NCBI GenBank assembly: GCA_965209105.1
Contig: CBDBQB010000033.1
Location: forward strand, 6,805-70,804
Direction: 5' to 3'
Origin: Candidatus Poriferihabitaceae bacterium
Lineage (GTDB): Bacteria > Pseudomonadota > Gammaproteobacteria > Arenicellales > Poriferihabitantaceae
Length of the DNA: 64,000 nt
Shown one piece after another: positions 51,184 to 59,583 of the stretch. The position numbers and the translations under genes are program-made. The notes beneath the pieces were generated by a model. That model saw nothing but the letters and a program-made list of their open reading frames with translations, did no database searches and was not told the origin of the DNA. Each line of letters starts with the position of its first letter. The stretch's first letter is position 1.

Positions 51184-52306
51184 ATGATCAGCTTATCTAT
51201 ACTACGCAAAACCCTACTACTTTCTTGCTACGCCAGCTTCGGCCTTACAGCAAGCTTTTCAGCACACGCCGAAACAATTGACGGATACAAGCAAGTTACA
51301 CGCCTCGGGGGCACGAGCCAATCGATCTGTCGACCGGGCATACGAACGGCTGGCGAACTCCAATCTTTTGCGCTTAATCAACGCCAGGACCTCCTCGACA
51401 TCCTTCAAAGCGCTCAATGGACAGGCAATACAGATGACGTCTTTAATGCCATTGAAGCCGGTGATTTTGCAGAAAAATCGTTCCCAGTCGGCACTAAATT
51501 AGAGTGGATGGGACTACGTGAGAAAAACCAGCCAGTCGCGTCGAGCAAACGCCAATGGGCAGGCAAACAAGCATTTGAGGGCTTCGAGCTAAACCTAGTA
51601 TCAAATTGTGCGCAACACCAGTTGGTCATCCCAAAGCTTGCTGCAACGTTTCATTGATCAAATCAAGTTCGATTGATATTCCCTCACCCGTGGTGCTCAT
51701 CAATACCACAGAGGAATCGACGACAATCGGCGTTAACAGCCATAGCGCAAAACAACTCACCACCCTCATACATCCAGACGGAAGCAAAGAAACGCTCACC
51801 CTCACTGATGGGAATTGGTCTGGTAGCTTGCCCCCGGCAACTATAGTATTGAGTCGATGAGCATGACCGATTGCGGAGAGTCAGCACTTACAAGCAAAGA
51901 CTTTAGTGTCGCCGCGCTCGTTGCAATACCCACTGGCGGGGCATTCTTCGCGCCTTTTATTGGTCGCCAAGTGCGGTCCATTGATCCGCCTCTCGTGGGC
52001 ATACAAGGCGGGCTGATCACGCCGATCAACGACAAAACCAGCTGGTTAGTTCAGGCAGGGGGTTCTTATAATCTCGATGTAGAAGAACTTTCAGTCTATG
52101 TCGATTTGGGTGTTGAACGCAAGATCGGCGAACACGGCTTTATTGGCGGCGGCCTCGGACTATGGGATATCAATAACAGTGATGATCTACCGAATAGCAA
52201 CAGCCCCAAACAAGACATCAGTTATTTCATTCATGCGGGCGCCGATACGGCATGGAAAATCAACGACCGTACCGTCCAATGGTTCGGCGAGGCACGTATT
52301 TTTTGA
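51184..52306 (+). pseudogene. secreted protein with C-terminal beta-barrel-like domain, apparently split by two 1-nt deletions
   Basis: Three successive overlapping ORFs lie in three frames. Only the first has a signal peptide, and the last ends ...WFGEARIF. Adding one C to the runs at 51630-51632 and 51831-51835 joins them (…QLVIPKACCNVSL… and …GSLPPGNYSIESMSMTD…). Confidence 0.4.
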
Positions 52307-52384
52307 TGATTTTACTGACGACATCAGTCATCATAATATCCTAAGACTGGGCTTGCGCATTATGCATTAAGACGTCTTAGAACA

Positions 52385-52414
52385 AAAAAAGCGGCGTCCA
52401 GCGCCGCTTTTTTT
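52385..52414. terminator. bidirectional rho-independent terminator
   Basis: AAAAAAAGCGGCG-TCCAG-CGCCGCTTTTTTT lies between convergent genes, with a GC stem flanked by an A-run and a T-run. Confidence 0.8.
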
Positions 52415-52471
52415 ATGCCTGATTGTTAAGGATAGTACACTGTCCAGACCAAATTGATGGATTCAGTGAGC

Positions 52472-53672
52472 TTAGCCATGAAACTTTTTTACCGCGCGAG
52501 TCATTCGTTCTAGGCCGAGTAAAATATCTTCCTCGGACACGATCAGTGGCGGCGCCATCCTCAATACATCTGGACCGGCCACCAAGGGCTAGCACGCCCT
52601 CTTCCATCATCAATCTGACCAGATCACGCGACTTGCCGAGATAGTCGGGCGCTAGCTCGCAACCCATCAACAAGCCCGAGCCGCGGATTTCGGAGAACAC
52701 CTTAAATTCACGATTGAGCGCACCCAAACCTTCTCTAAGTTTTTTGGAGGCGGCTTCAATATGACCCTTCATTTCAGGCGCTAGGACGATCTCTAAGAGC
52801 TTATTTGCAACTGCGCAAGCCAAAGGATTGCCACCAAACGTACTGCCGTGAGCGCCGACAACAAAAGCTTGTGCTATCTCATCTGTCGCAAGTGTTGCTG
52901 CGACGGGGATACCTCCGCCCAAACCTTTGGCGGAACTTAATATATCTGGCGTCACCCCTAAACCCATATACGCATACAATTCGCCCGTTCGCATTACACC
53001 CGTTTGTACCTCATCAAATATCAGCAAAGCATTGTGTTGGTCACATAGCTCGCGGGCAGCTTGCGCAAATTCTGACGTCGCAGGATGCACACCGCTCTCG
53101 CCTTGAATCGGCTCCATGATCACTGCGCAAGTTTGGGCAGATATTGCTTCGCTGAGTGCTTGCACATCGTTAAAAGGGAGGTGCGTAATACCCTCTATTT
53201 TTGGCCCAAACCCTTCACTGTATTTGGGCTGCCCTCCCACGCTAACTGTAAACAAAGTTCGGCCATGAAAGCCATTCTCAAAGGCGATAATCTGAAATTT
53301 CTCTGGGCCATATTGATCATGCGCGTAGCGCCGAGCCAATTTAAGTGCAGCCTCGTTGGCCTCAGAGCCCGAATTCGAAAAAAACACTCGATCTGCAAAG
53401 GTATGCTCTACCAGCGTTTTAGCCAGCTCAATCGCCGGCATATTGGTCAATAAATTACTGACATGCCAGAACTTTTTCGCTTGGTTCGTTAAGGCGCTGA
53501 CGAGTTCTGGATGCGCATGCCCTAAGGCACTTACCGCGATACCCGCGGCAAAATCGATATACTCCTTACCCTGCGTATCCCACAAACGCGCGCCTTGTCC
53601 ATGCGAAGGTAGAATATCCAGCGGCGCGTAATTGGGGAACAAATATTGTTCGTGCATCTGTCGTGTTGTCAT
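52472..53672 (-). pseudogene. argD: acetylornithine/succinylornithine aminotransferase (ArgD/AstC family), apparent 1-nt frameshift near the 3' end
   Basis: Class III aminotransferase (SNSGSEANE, DEVQTG, SSAKGLGGG). Removing one G at about 52582-52583 replaces the nonsense tail with ...VLALVAGPDVLRMAPPLIVSEEDILLGLERMTRAVKKFHG*, ending at 52472. Confidence 0.85.
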
Positions 53673-53814
53673 CTTAATTTCAAAGAAAGGTCAATGGCTA
53701 GTGCTGTGCGTTGTCGTTAAAGCTTGCTAGAATACAATGCGCAGAATATAACAACATTCAAACTGGGGTTCCGATGTTTATTTGGCTTAACAATACAGAG
53801 CAGTCTAGGCCCAA

Positions 53815-54711
53815 ATGAAATCTAAGCGACTTGAGGCCTTAGCCGAAAATACGGCCAATATTGAGCGATGGATCGTACCCCTGCTTTTATTGTTGGTCGT
53901 CACAGTGGGGGGCATCCGCTTGGCCCCCTGGCTCGAAAATCATATCCCCCAATGGCTTTCCGGCGCACCCTTGAACGAAACCAATCCGACTCAAAATAAT
54001 TCAAGTGATTCGTCCATCATTGTCGACACAGAGCTCGCACCGATTATCACAGACAATGACACCCCCTTAAGTGAGTCGCGCAGCGAACAGCTCACCGAAT
54101 TTCTCTCGGAAATTAAAGACAGCCCGAGCGTCGATATTGCGATCGGCAGCGAAGATACAATATTGGTGCATGACGTTACCTCTCCAGACCCTAGTCAAGC
54201 TGCCGCCACACCAAAATTCAAGCCCGAGACATTTGATAGCCGCCAAACAGCGGCGGCCACTGCACAGACTCAAAAAGACAATACCGGCTGGTGGCCGCGT
54301 CCAACAACGGCCGAGACCAAAGAAGCAACGAGTCAAAAAAAGCGCATTGCAGAAAAAGACCGAATATCCCAAACCCTGAACAGCTGGGCGAAAAAATGGT
54401 CGGAACAAAATGTGGAAGCGTATCTCAATCATTATACGACGGACTATTCCACGCAAAAGTATGCCAGCCACCAGAAGTGGCGAAAATGGCGTAGAGCAAG
54501 AATTTTGCACCCCAAAACAATCGAAATTATTTTGGAAAACGTTGAAATCAACCTTAATGAAATAAATAAAAACCGCGCGAGCGCTACATTTTTACAAAAA
54601 TACCGCGCCGATCAATATGCCGACGATACCATCAAATCAATTGGGCTGGTTCGCCAAGAGGCGCGTTGGCTTATATACAAAGAGACCTCTATCGAAACGA
54701 TTAGAAAATAA
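53815..54711 (+). CDS. membrane-anchored protein with C-terminal NTF2/SnoaL-like domain
   Basis: N-terminal TM segment, a low-complexity linker, and a C-terminal region (LNSWAKKWSEQNVEAYLNHY...) resembling NTF2-like domains. Confidence 0.45.
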   Translation: MKSKRLEALAENTANIERWIVPLLLLLVVTVGGIRLAPWLENHIPQWLSGAPLNETNPTQNNSSDSSIIVDTELAPIITDNDTPLSESRSEQLTEFLSEIKDSPSVDIAIGSEDTILVHDVTSPDPSQAAATPKFKPETFDSRQTAAATAQTQKDNTGWWPRPTTAETKEATSQKKRIAEKDRISQTLNSWAKKWSEQNVEAYLNHYTTDYSTQKYASHQKWRKWRRARILHPKTIEIILENVEINLNEINKNRASATFLQKYRADQYADDTIKSIGLVRQEARWLIYKETSIETIRK

Positions 54712-54785
54712 ATCTGCTGAATGTCGCAATTATTCAGGCGAAAAGAATACGCGTTGATTAAGCCATGTCTATAGCAAATGCTGGA

Positions 54786-55823
54786 TTACCCAATTTTTAA
54801 TTGACTTGTTGTCCTAACAAGTAAAATGCTAATCGTGAAAACGATCACCGCTGTCGCTTGATGCAAGGCGCCCAGCGTAACAGGAACAACATTTATCAGC
54901 GTCAATACTCCCAAGATAAATTGCGTGACAAGGCCAAGCAGCAATAATGCTGCCACCCTCCTTAACTGGAGAGACCCCCACTGAGAGCGTCTAGCTTTAA
55001 TATATACAATGAAAGCTAGTATCAAGCTGGCCGTAGCAAGCAATCGATGGTTGAATTGTACTGCGGCAATATTTTCGAACCAGTTGAGCCAAAATGGCTT
55101 GAGTGTTGCATATCCCTCAGGGATAAGACGCCCATTCATAAGCGGAAAGGTATTAAAAGCAAAGCCTGCCTTTGTGCCCGCGACGAAACCACCTGCAAGC
55201 AGCGTAATGAATATCGTTATCATCGCCGCGATACTCAACAATCGAAAATTGCGCTTAGGTGCAATCACAGACTGCCCGTCTCGAACAAAATAGGCTGACG
55301 CCATCCAGAAAATAGCGCCATACAGTGCCAGCGCAAGCGATAGATGAGCCACCAATCGATACTGACTGACATGAGGATCATTCACTAAGCCGCTTTGAAC
55401 CATATACCAGCCCAGCAAGCCTTGCGCACCACCCAGCAAAAATAATCCGAATAGTTTAAGTTTTAAAAGTCTAGAAAGCGGGTATCGAATAAAGAAATAC
55501 AGCATAGGTAAGAAGAACAGTACGCCAATCAACCTACCTAATATTCGATGCAGATATTCAAACCAATAAATCGATTTGAAGCCCTGTAGATCCATTTCGC
55601 TGTTGACCCTTAAATATTCTGGCGACGCCTGATATAACTCAAAAACTGCCATCCATTGCTGAGTATTTAGGGGAGGCAATATGCCCGTAATAGGTGCCCA
55701 CTCAACCATCGATAAGCCAGAACCTGTTAATCGCGTCACTCCACCAAGAACGATCATAGCAAAAATGACCGCGCAAACCAGCAGCAGCCAGATCGATATA
55801 TTTCGATACTGGGTATCCGTCAT
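54786..55823 (-). CDS. ctaA: heme A synthase (COX15/CtaA)
   Basis: Eight-TM protein with VTRLTGSGLSMVEW and FEYLHR motifs. Confidence 0.88.
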   Translation of the reverse strand: MTDTQYRNISIWLLLVCAVIFAMIVLGGVTRLTGSGLSMVEWAPITGILPPLNTQQWMAVFELYQASPEYLRVNSEMDLQGFKSIYWFEYLHRILGRLIGVLFFLPMLYFFIRYPLSRLLKLKLFGLFLLGGAQGLLGWYMVQSGLVNDPHVSQYRLVAHLSLALALYGAIFWMASAYFVRDGQSVIAPKRNFRLLSIAAMITIFITLLAGGFVAGTKAGFAFNTFPLMNGRLIPEGYATLKPFWLNWFENIAAVQFNHRLLATASLILAFIVYIKARRSQWGSLQLRRVAALLLLGLVTQFILGVLTLINVVPVTLGALHQATAVIVFTISILLVRTTSQLKIG

Positions 55824-55863
55824 GGAAGCTTCTACGTTGGGTAAGTCAGTAACGAATAAAAGA

Positions 55864-56196
55864 TTAGTCTTCGAACAAGTAATATGTTTCGTTCAAAAAC
55901 GCCGTAATATCGTCGAGCTGATCTTGGTTTAATTCCCCATTTTGCGTGTTGGTATTACAGATATCAACACGTTGCATAAGGCCTTCTATCGTCTTAACGC
56001 CACGATTGGGCCGGGTATATATCTCGCTACCATCACCACCGAACATACCTACATGGCATCCTGAGCAGCGAGCGGTCACCACGTCCCCACCCTTTTCAGC
56101 ATCCCCCAGCAAAACTGCTAAGGCTAAGGCGGTCGGTGCCGCGCATAGACCTAAAACAAGCCCTACAATGGTCAAGAAATTTCGATTACATTTCAT
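55864..56196 (-). CDS. small c-type cytochrome
   Basis: Signal peptide and a single CSGCH heme-binding motif. Confidence 0.8.
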   Translation of the reverse strand: MKCNRNFLTIVGLVLGLCAAPTALALAVLLGDAEKGGDVVTARCSGCHVGMFGGDGSEIYTRPNRGVKTIEGLMQRVDICNTNTQNGELNQDQLDDITAFLNETYYLFED

Positions 56197-56367
56197 TTTA
56201 TATCTCCTAAAACGGTTATTATCTCAAATTGGGACTTCAGCATAACGTAGCGAGCGCAGAAAAGACCAGACAAGAATAAGCAAAAAAACGCAGTTTACAC
56301 CTATCTTTCACTTCGTGACCCCGCCTTTTGAACGAGTTTTCAGAACCCGACCGAAAAATGAGGAATA

Positions 56368-56537
56368 CTTATATTTGCGCACAATCATCCAAGTGGAGTG
56401 TGTGAGCCAAGCAGTTCTGATAAAGCGATTACGAAAAAGCTTCGAGAGGTGTTGTCTCTATTTGAGATTCGCGTTCTTGACCATCTTATTGTCAGTGGCG
56501 AGGAGATTACCTCAATGGAAGAAAAGGGCTTGCTCTA
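56368..56537 (+). pseudogene. RadC/JAB-domain gene, 3' fragment only
   Basis: Translation [57 protein letters not shown] is the C-terminal third of RadC, including HxHPSG...PS..D. A stop codon lies immediately upstream. Confidence 0.8.
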
Positions 56538-56596
56538 AGTGCAACCATCAAGGCTACCGTCAACGTACGGTAGCCTTTAATATTTTCCTTTATAAG

Positions 56597-57376
56597 CTAC
56601 TGTATTTCTTCTAAATTGCTATTTAGTTTTGCAACTCGGTTAGCAATTTTTGCTGCGCGGAGTTGATTATTCGCCAGCTGTTTTCCAATTCGGGAAACTT
56701 TAGTAGCATTAGTAGTGCTTGCACGCTTTGCGGTTAACGCTTCAATTTTCTCGGCTATCTTAGCTTGCTTACCAATCATCTTAGTTAGTTTTGATTCCAG
56801 CTTCGCTTTGTAAGCTTCGATTTGGTCAACTATCGCCTGCTCGTCCGCGACGATCTTTGCATTAAGTGAGGCGATTTTCTCATCTAACTTTATTATTTTG
56901 GATTGCTTTTTACCTAGGTCTTCAGATTTACTTATTAGTGTGGCTTGGATTGCTGCAAGCTCAGTTGGGTCTGTTTCAGCACCAAGTGCAACCTCGAGAT
57001 CATCTATTTCTTCTTGCAAAAGACCAGTATCGGAAACTACGGTTAGGCGCTCACTTAGTTTCTCTAGCTTTTTCTGACGTTTAGAAATTTTAGAAGCCAT
57101 CTTTTCATGGCGCTTTGATTGATGCTCAGCATCTTCTTGATCGATCTCACTATCTTTCATCTGTTCTTCTAGTTCAACATAGCTTTGAAGGACGGGTCGA
57201 TCTTCTGATATGAGTGCCTTGGTTCGCTCTTCCTCGGTCAAAGGTGGTTCAATTGAAAAGGGTGTTGAAGTGGCGGTTAACATATCCGTGCGTAATTCAT
57301 CTTGAGCGTAGATATTTTGTGTAGCCAGTAATGTAAAAATTGCGGTAATCAGTGCGGTTTGTTTTTTCATATCCAT
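56597..57376 (-). CDS. secreted coiled-coil protein, unknown function
   Basis: Signal peptide (…LLATQNIYAQ) followed by long K/E/A/L-rich heptad-like sequence. Confidence 0.6.
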   Translation of the reverse strand: MDMKKQTALITAIFTLLATQNIYAQDELRTDMLTATSTPFSIEPPLTEEERTKALISEDRPVLQSYVELEEQMKDSEIDQEDAEHQSKRHEKMASKISKRQKKLEKLSERLTVVSDTGLLQEEIDDLEVALGAETDPTELAAIQATLISKSEDLGKKQSKIIKLDEKIASLNAKIVADEQAIVDQIEAYKAKLESKLTKMIGKQAKIAEKIEALTAKRASTTNATKVSRIGKQLANNQLRAAKIANRVAKLNSNLEEIQ

Positions 57377-57826
57377 TTATCGGTTCATTGCGTTGTCTAT
57401 TTCTGTTTGGGTAAGTCCCGTTTCAGCGGTGAACTTCTCCATAACGGGTTTGGGTAGCGAGTCCCCAGCATCTGCTGAGAGCTGAGCCTGAATGCGCGTT
57501 CGATTCACTGAGCTACTTGGAACTTCTAGTGGTGTGATGATGGGTAGATCAGGTACTTTTTGTGGTGCACGGGCTGATTCTAAATATGCTTGCATCTGAA
57601 TATCTCGCTTTTCCTGTCGCACTCGCATAGTAGCTATCTTATCTTTGAGATCGGTAATTTCTTGCTTGTGCCTTTGCTTGTTTTCAGCATGATTTGATAA
57701 TGCTTCTCCATCTAGAATGGGGTTCGTTTTTGCCACCTTAGAAGGTTGATGTACATAGGCGAAATAAGCTCCACCTGCCAAAAGAATGGCAAGGGGAAAA
57801 GCAACGATATATAGCTTAATCTTCAT
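57377..57826 (-). CDS. N-terminally membrane-anchored protein, unknown function
   Basis: One TM segment (LYIVAFPLAILLAGGAYFAYV), then a charged helical region. Its stop abuts the start of the coiled-coil gene (TAAATG). Confidence 0.55.
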   Translation of the reverse strand: MKIKLYIVAFPLAILLAGGAYFAYVHQPSKVAKTNPILDGEALSNHAENKQRHKQEITDLKDKIATMRVRQEKRDIQMQAYLESARAPQKVPDLPIITPLEVPSSSVNRTRIQAQLSADAGDSLPKPVMEKFTAETGLTQTEIDNAMNR

Positions 57827-57944
57827 TTTGAGATATCAAGTTGGCTGACCCCTCGATTTTCTTTTGAGATATCAAGTTGGCTGACCCCTCGATTTTCAAG
57901 TTGGCTGACCCCTCGATTTTCAAGTTGGCTGACCCCTCGATTTC
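57827..57944 (-). repeat. tandem array of the junction motif (2 x 35 nt, then 2 x 24 nt)
   Basis: TTTGAGATATCAAGTTGGCTGACCCCTCGATTTTC twice, then AAGTTGGCTGACCCCTCGATTTTC twice. The array fills the gap between two minus-strand genes. Confidence 0.9.
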
Positions 57945-58201
57945 CCTGCGCGATTCCCTGCGCGATTCCCTGCGCGATTCCCTGCGCGATTTCTTCCTCG
58001 ATTTCTATTCGTCCTTGAGCTTTTTGAATACATAGCGAGCGTGAATAAAAAACCAAGGGTTACTGTTATCCAGCCAATGACAGCTAAAATATAACCAAAA
58101 TCATATGTGCCTTGCTGATGCAAGAACACACCCAAAAAACCGACACAACAGCCAGCCAGTGCTATTTTAAAACCTTTGCGATTTCCTCGATTTCTTTTCA
58201 T
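57920..58201 (-). CDS. small two-TM protein with Arg/Asn-rich termini
   Basis: Start at ATG 58201 (ATGA overlap with the upstream gene). The C-terminal about 30 aa is encoded by tandem repeats and ends GKSRGQPT* inside the junction motif. Confidence 0.5.
   Translation of the reverse strand: MKRNRGNRKGFKIALAGCCVGFLGVFLHQQGTYDFGYILAVIGWITVTLGFLFTLAMYSKSSRTNRNRGRNRAGNRAGNRAGNRAGKSRGQPT
57945..57992 (-). repeat. 4 x 12-nt in-frame tandem repeat (CCTGCGCGATTC)
   Basis: Encodes (NRAG)x4 at the C-terminus of the 57920..58201 ORF. Confidence 0.9.
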
Positions 58202-58488
58202 AAAAACCCTTTCCACGCTAATACTATAAAAAAAGCTATCATAGACAATAGTACATTGACTTGAATCATTTTTCTAATTTTCACTCTGTATATAAACTTC
58301 ACCCCTTTTTTGGTTTTCTCTCGTGCTTTCATATCGAGGTAACCCGGTGTACCTGAAAAAAAGAGCGAAGATTTAATACCTTGTCGTCTTAAAAAGAAAT
58401 GGAAAAATATATTCTCAAATATAAATACAAAACCAGAGAGAAGGAACCATATTCCAATAGCGGAAAGAATTAGTTGGTTATAGTCCAT
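58198..58488 (-). CDS. small membrane protein (two TM segments)
   Basis: Start at ATG 58488 (MDYNQLILSAIGIWF...), overlapping the stop of the 87-aa gene (ATGGACTATAA). Confidence 0.5.
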   Translation of the reverse strand: MDYNQLILSAIGIWFLLSGFVFIFENIFFHFFLRRQGIKSSLFFSGTPGYLDMKAREKTKKGVKFIYRVKIRKMIQVNVLLSMIAFFIVLAWKGFL

Positions 58489-58741
58489 CGTGACCAAATA
58501 CCGGTGGTAAAAATGTTGTAGTTGAGGTGCTAACAGCCGCAGGAACTCCCGCAGATACACCTAGAGTCGTGCCTTCCCATAAACGATCAGGACTTGAAAA
58601 AGTTCCTCCTGAAACAATGCCTAGCCCTAAATCTGTGTTATTGAAATCTCCTTGCCATGCGCCGCTCCCATCGCCCCAATTTACCTGAGCAGACCCGCCT
58701 AAGCTAAAGCCTGTGGAGTTTTCAGTGCTTTTATCTCGCAT
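58478..58741 (-). CDS. 87-aa Gly/Ser/Thr-rich protein without signal peptide
   Basis: ATG start 5 nt after the lipoprotein stop; translationally coupled to the two small membrane proteins downstream. Confidence 0.45.
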   Translation of the reverse strand: MRDKSTENSTGFSLGGSAQVNWGDGSGAWQGDFNNTDLGLGIVSGGTFSSPDRLWEGTTLGVSAGVPAAVSTSTTTFLPPVFGHDGL

Positions 58742-58746
58742 AATAG

Positions 58747-59154
58747 CTAGTATTTCCGTATTTCTCTAATCCCAATCTCATCCACTTCTTGGGGCTTAAG
58801 TGATCGTAAGCTATATATATATATATTTTCATGAGACTCTATAAATCGCTCTATATAGTATTTTGCCCATTTCAATTTTTCAGGGCATGTCTCATAGAAA
58901 TAAAAATAGAACCCATCATCAGATATCTTTGTCATTCCCGGCAAGTACTTGATACGCCTATTATTGCTGATGTTATCCTTTATCATAAAGGAAGCAATCC
59001 AATCAGCACCAATCGTTCCAAACCCTCCGCCTGATTTAGGGCTATCTACAGAAATAATACACTTCTTGTAATCATAGTTGTATTCTTCAGTGACAGTTCC
59101 ACAGCTTGCTACAAACAAGACCAATAAAACCACGATACTTAAAATGCTCTTCAT
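58747..59154 (-). CDS. small lipoprotein (candidate orphan immunity protein)
   Basis: Lipobox FVASC; 135 aa. Directly follows the truncated toxin remnant and a junction motif. Confidence 0.6.
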   Translation of the reverse strand: MKSILSIVVLLVLFVASCGTVTEEYNYDYKKCIISVDSPKSGGGFGTIGADWIASFMIKDNISNNRRIKYLPGMTKISDDGFYFYFYETCPEKLKWAKYYIERFIESHENIYIYSLRSLKPQEVDEIGIREIRKY

Positions 59155-59187
59155 TTGAGATAACTTCTTATCATTAGTGCCTAGTCT

Positions 59188-59313
59188 TCAAGTTGGCTGA
59201 CCCCTCGATTTTCCCAAAACACCCGTCACAAAGCCGTCTCCAAAATTTCCACCACTCAATCTCATTGGTAGCGCATCATTCTGATCACTTTCTTGCTGTC
59301 CACATTGTAAAAC
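59188..59313 (-). pseudogene. remnant of an Rhs C-terminal region
   Basis: Start-less frame reads ...LPMRLSGGNFGDGFVTGVLGKSRGQPT*. SGGNFGDGFVTGV parallels VGGSFEDGFVTGV of the main Rhs CT (aa 1062-1074). It ends inside a junction-motif copy (59188-59213). Confidence 0.65.
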
Positions 59314-59389
59314 ACATCAACTACATTTCCTCCACCTAACACGCCATTCTCTTTCATATTATTAGTTATATCGGTATTTTCTGCTTTGA

Positions 59390-59581
59390 TTAATCAAAAC
59401 CCAATCCACTCCCAGGGCTGCTATACCTAAGCTCTATATTTCCCCCGTCGTAACTCCACCCTAGTTCATCTTTTAGGTATTGCATGATACGATTTGTCTC
59501 TTCACAGCTTAGAACTGTATTGTTTGCTATTGATAGCGAAGAAATAAAAAACAGTCCCGTAAGAATAATTTTTTTCAACAT
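59390..59581 (-). CDS. 63-aa secreted protein (candidate orphan immunity protein)
   Basis: Start MLKKIILTGLFFISSLSIA at ATG 59581, overlapping the double stop of the orphan toxin frame (TAATAATG). Confidence 0.5.
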   Translation of the reverse strand: MLKKIILTGLFFISSLSIANNTVLSCEETNRIMQYLKDELGWSYDGGNIELRYSSPGSGLGFD

Positions 59582-59583
59582 TA

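Noticed and set aside
57827-57992. A possible CRISPR array.
   Set aside because: The repeats are directly adjacent with no spacers, the units have mixed lengths (35, 24 and 12 nt), and no cas genes are present.
57823-58056. ORF translating to IAQGIAQGIAQG…NRGVSQLENRGVSQL….
   Set aside because: It is a reading-frame artefact of the 12-nt and 24-35-nt tandem DNA repeats. It overlaps the better-supported 57920..58201 frame.
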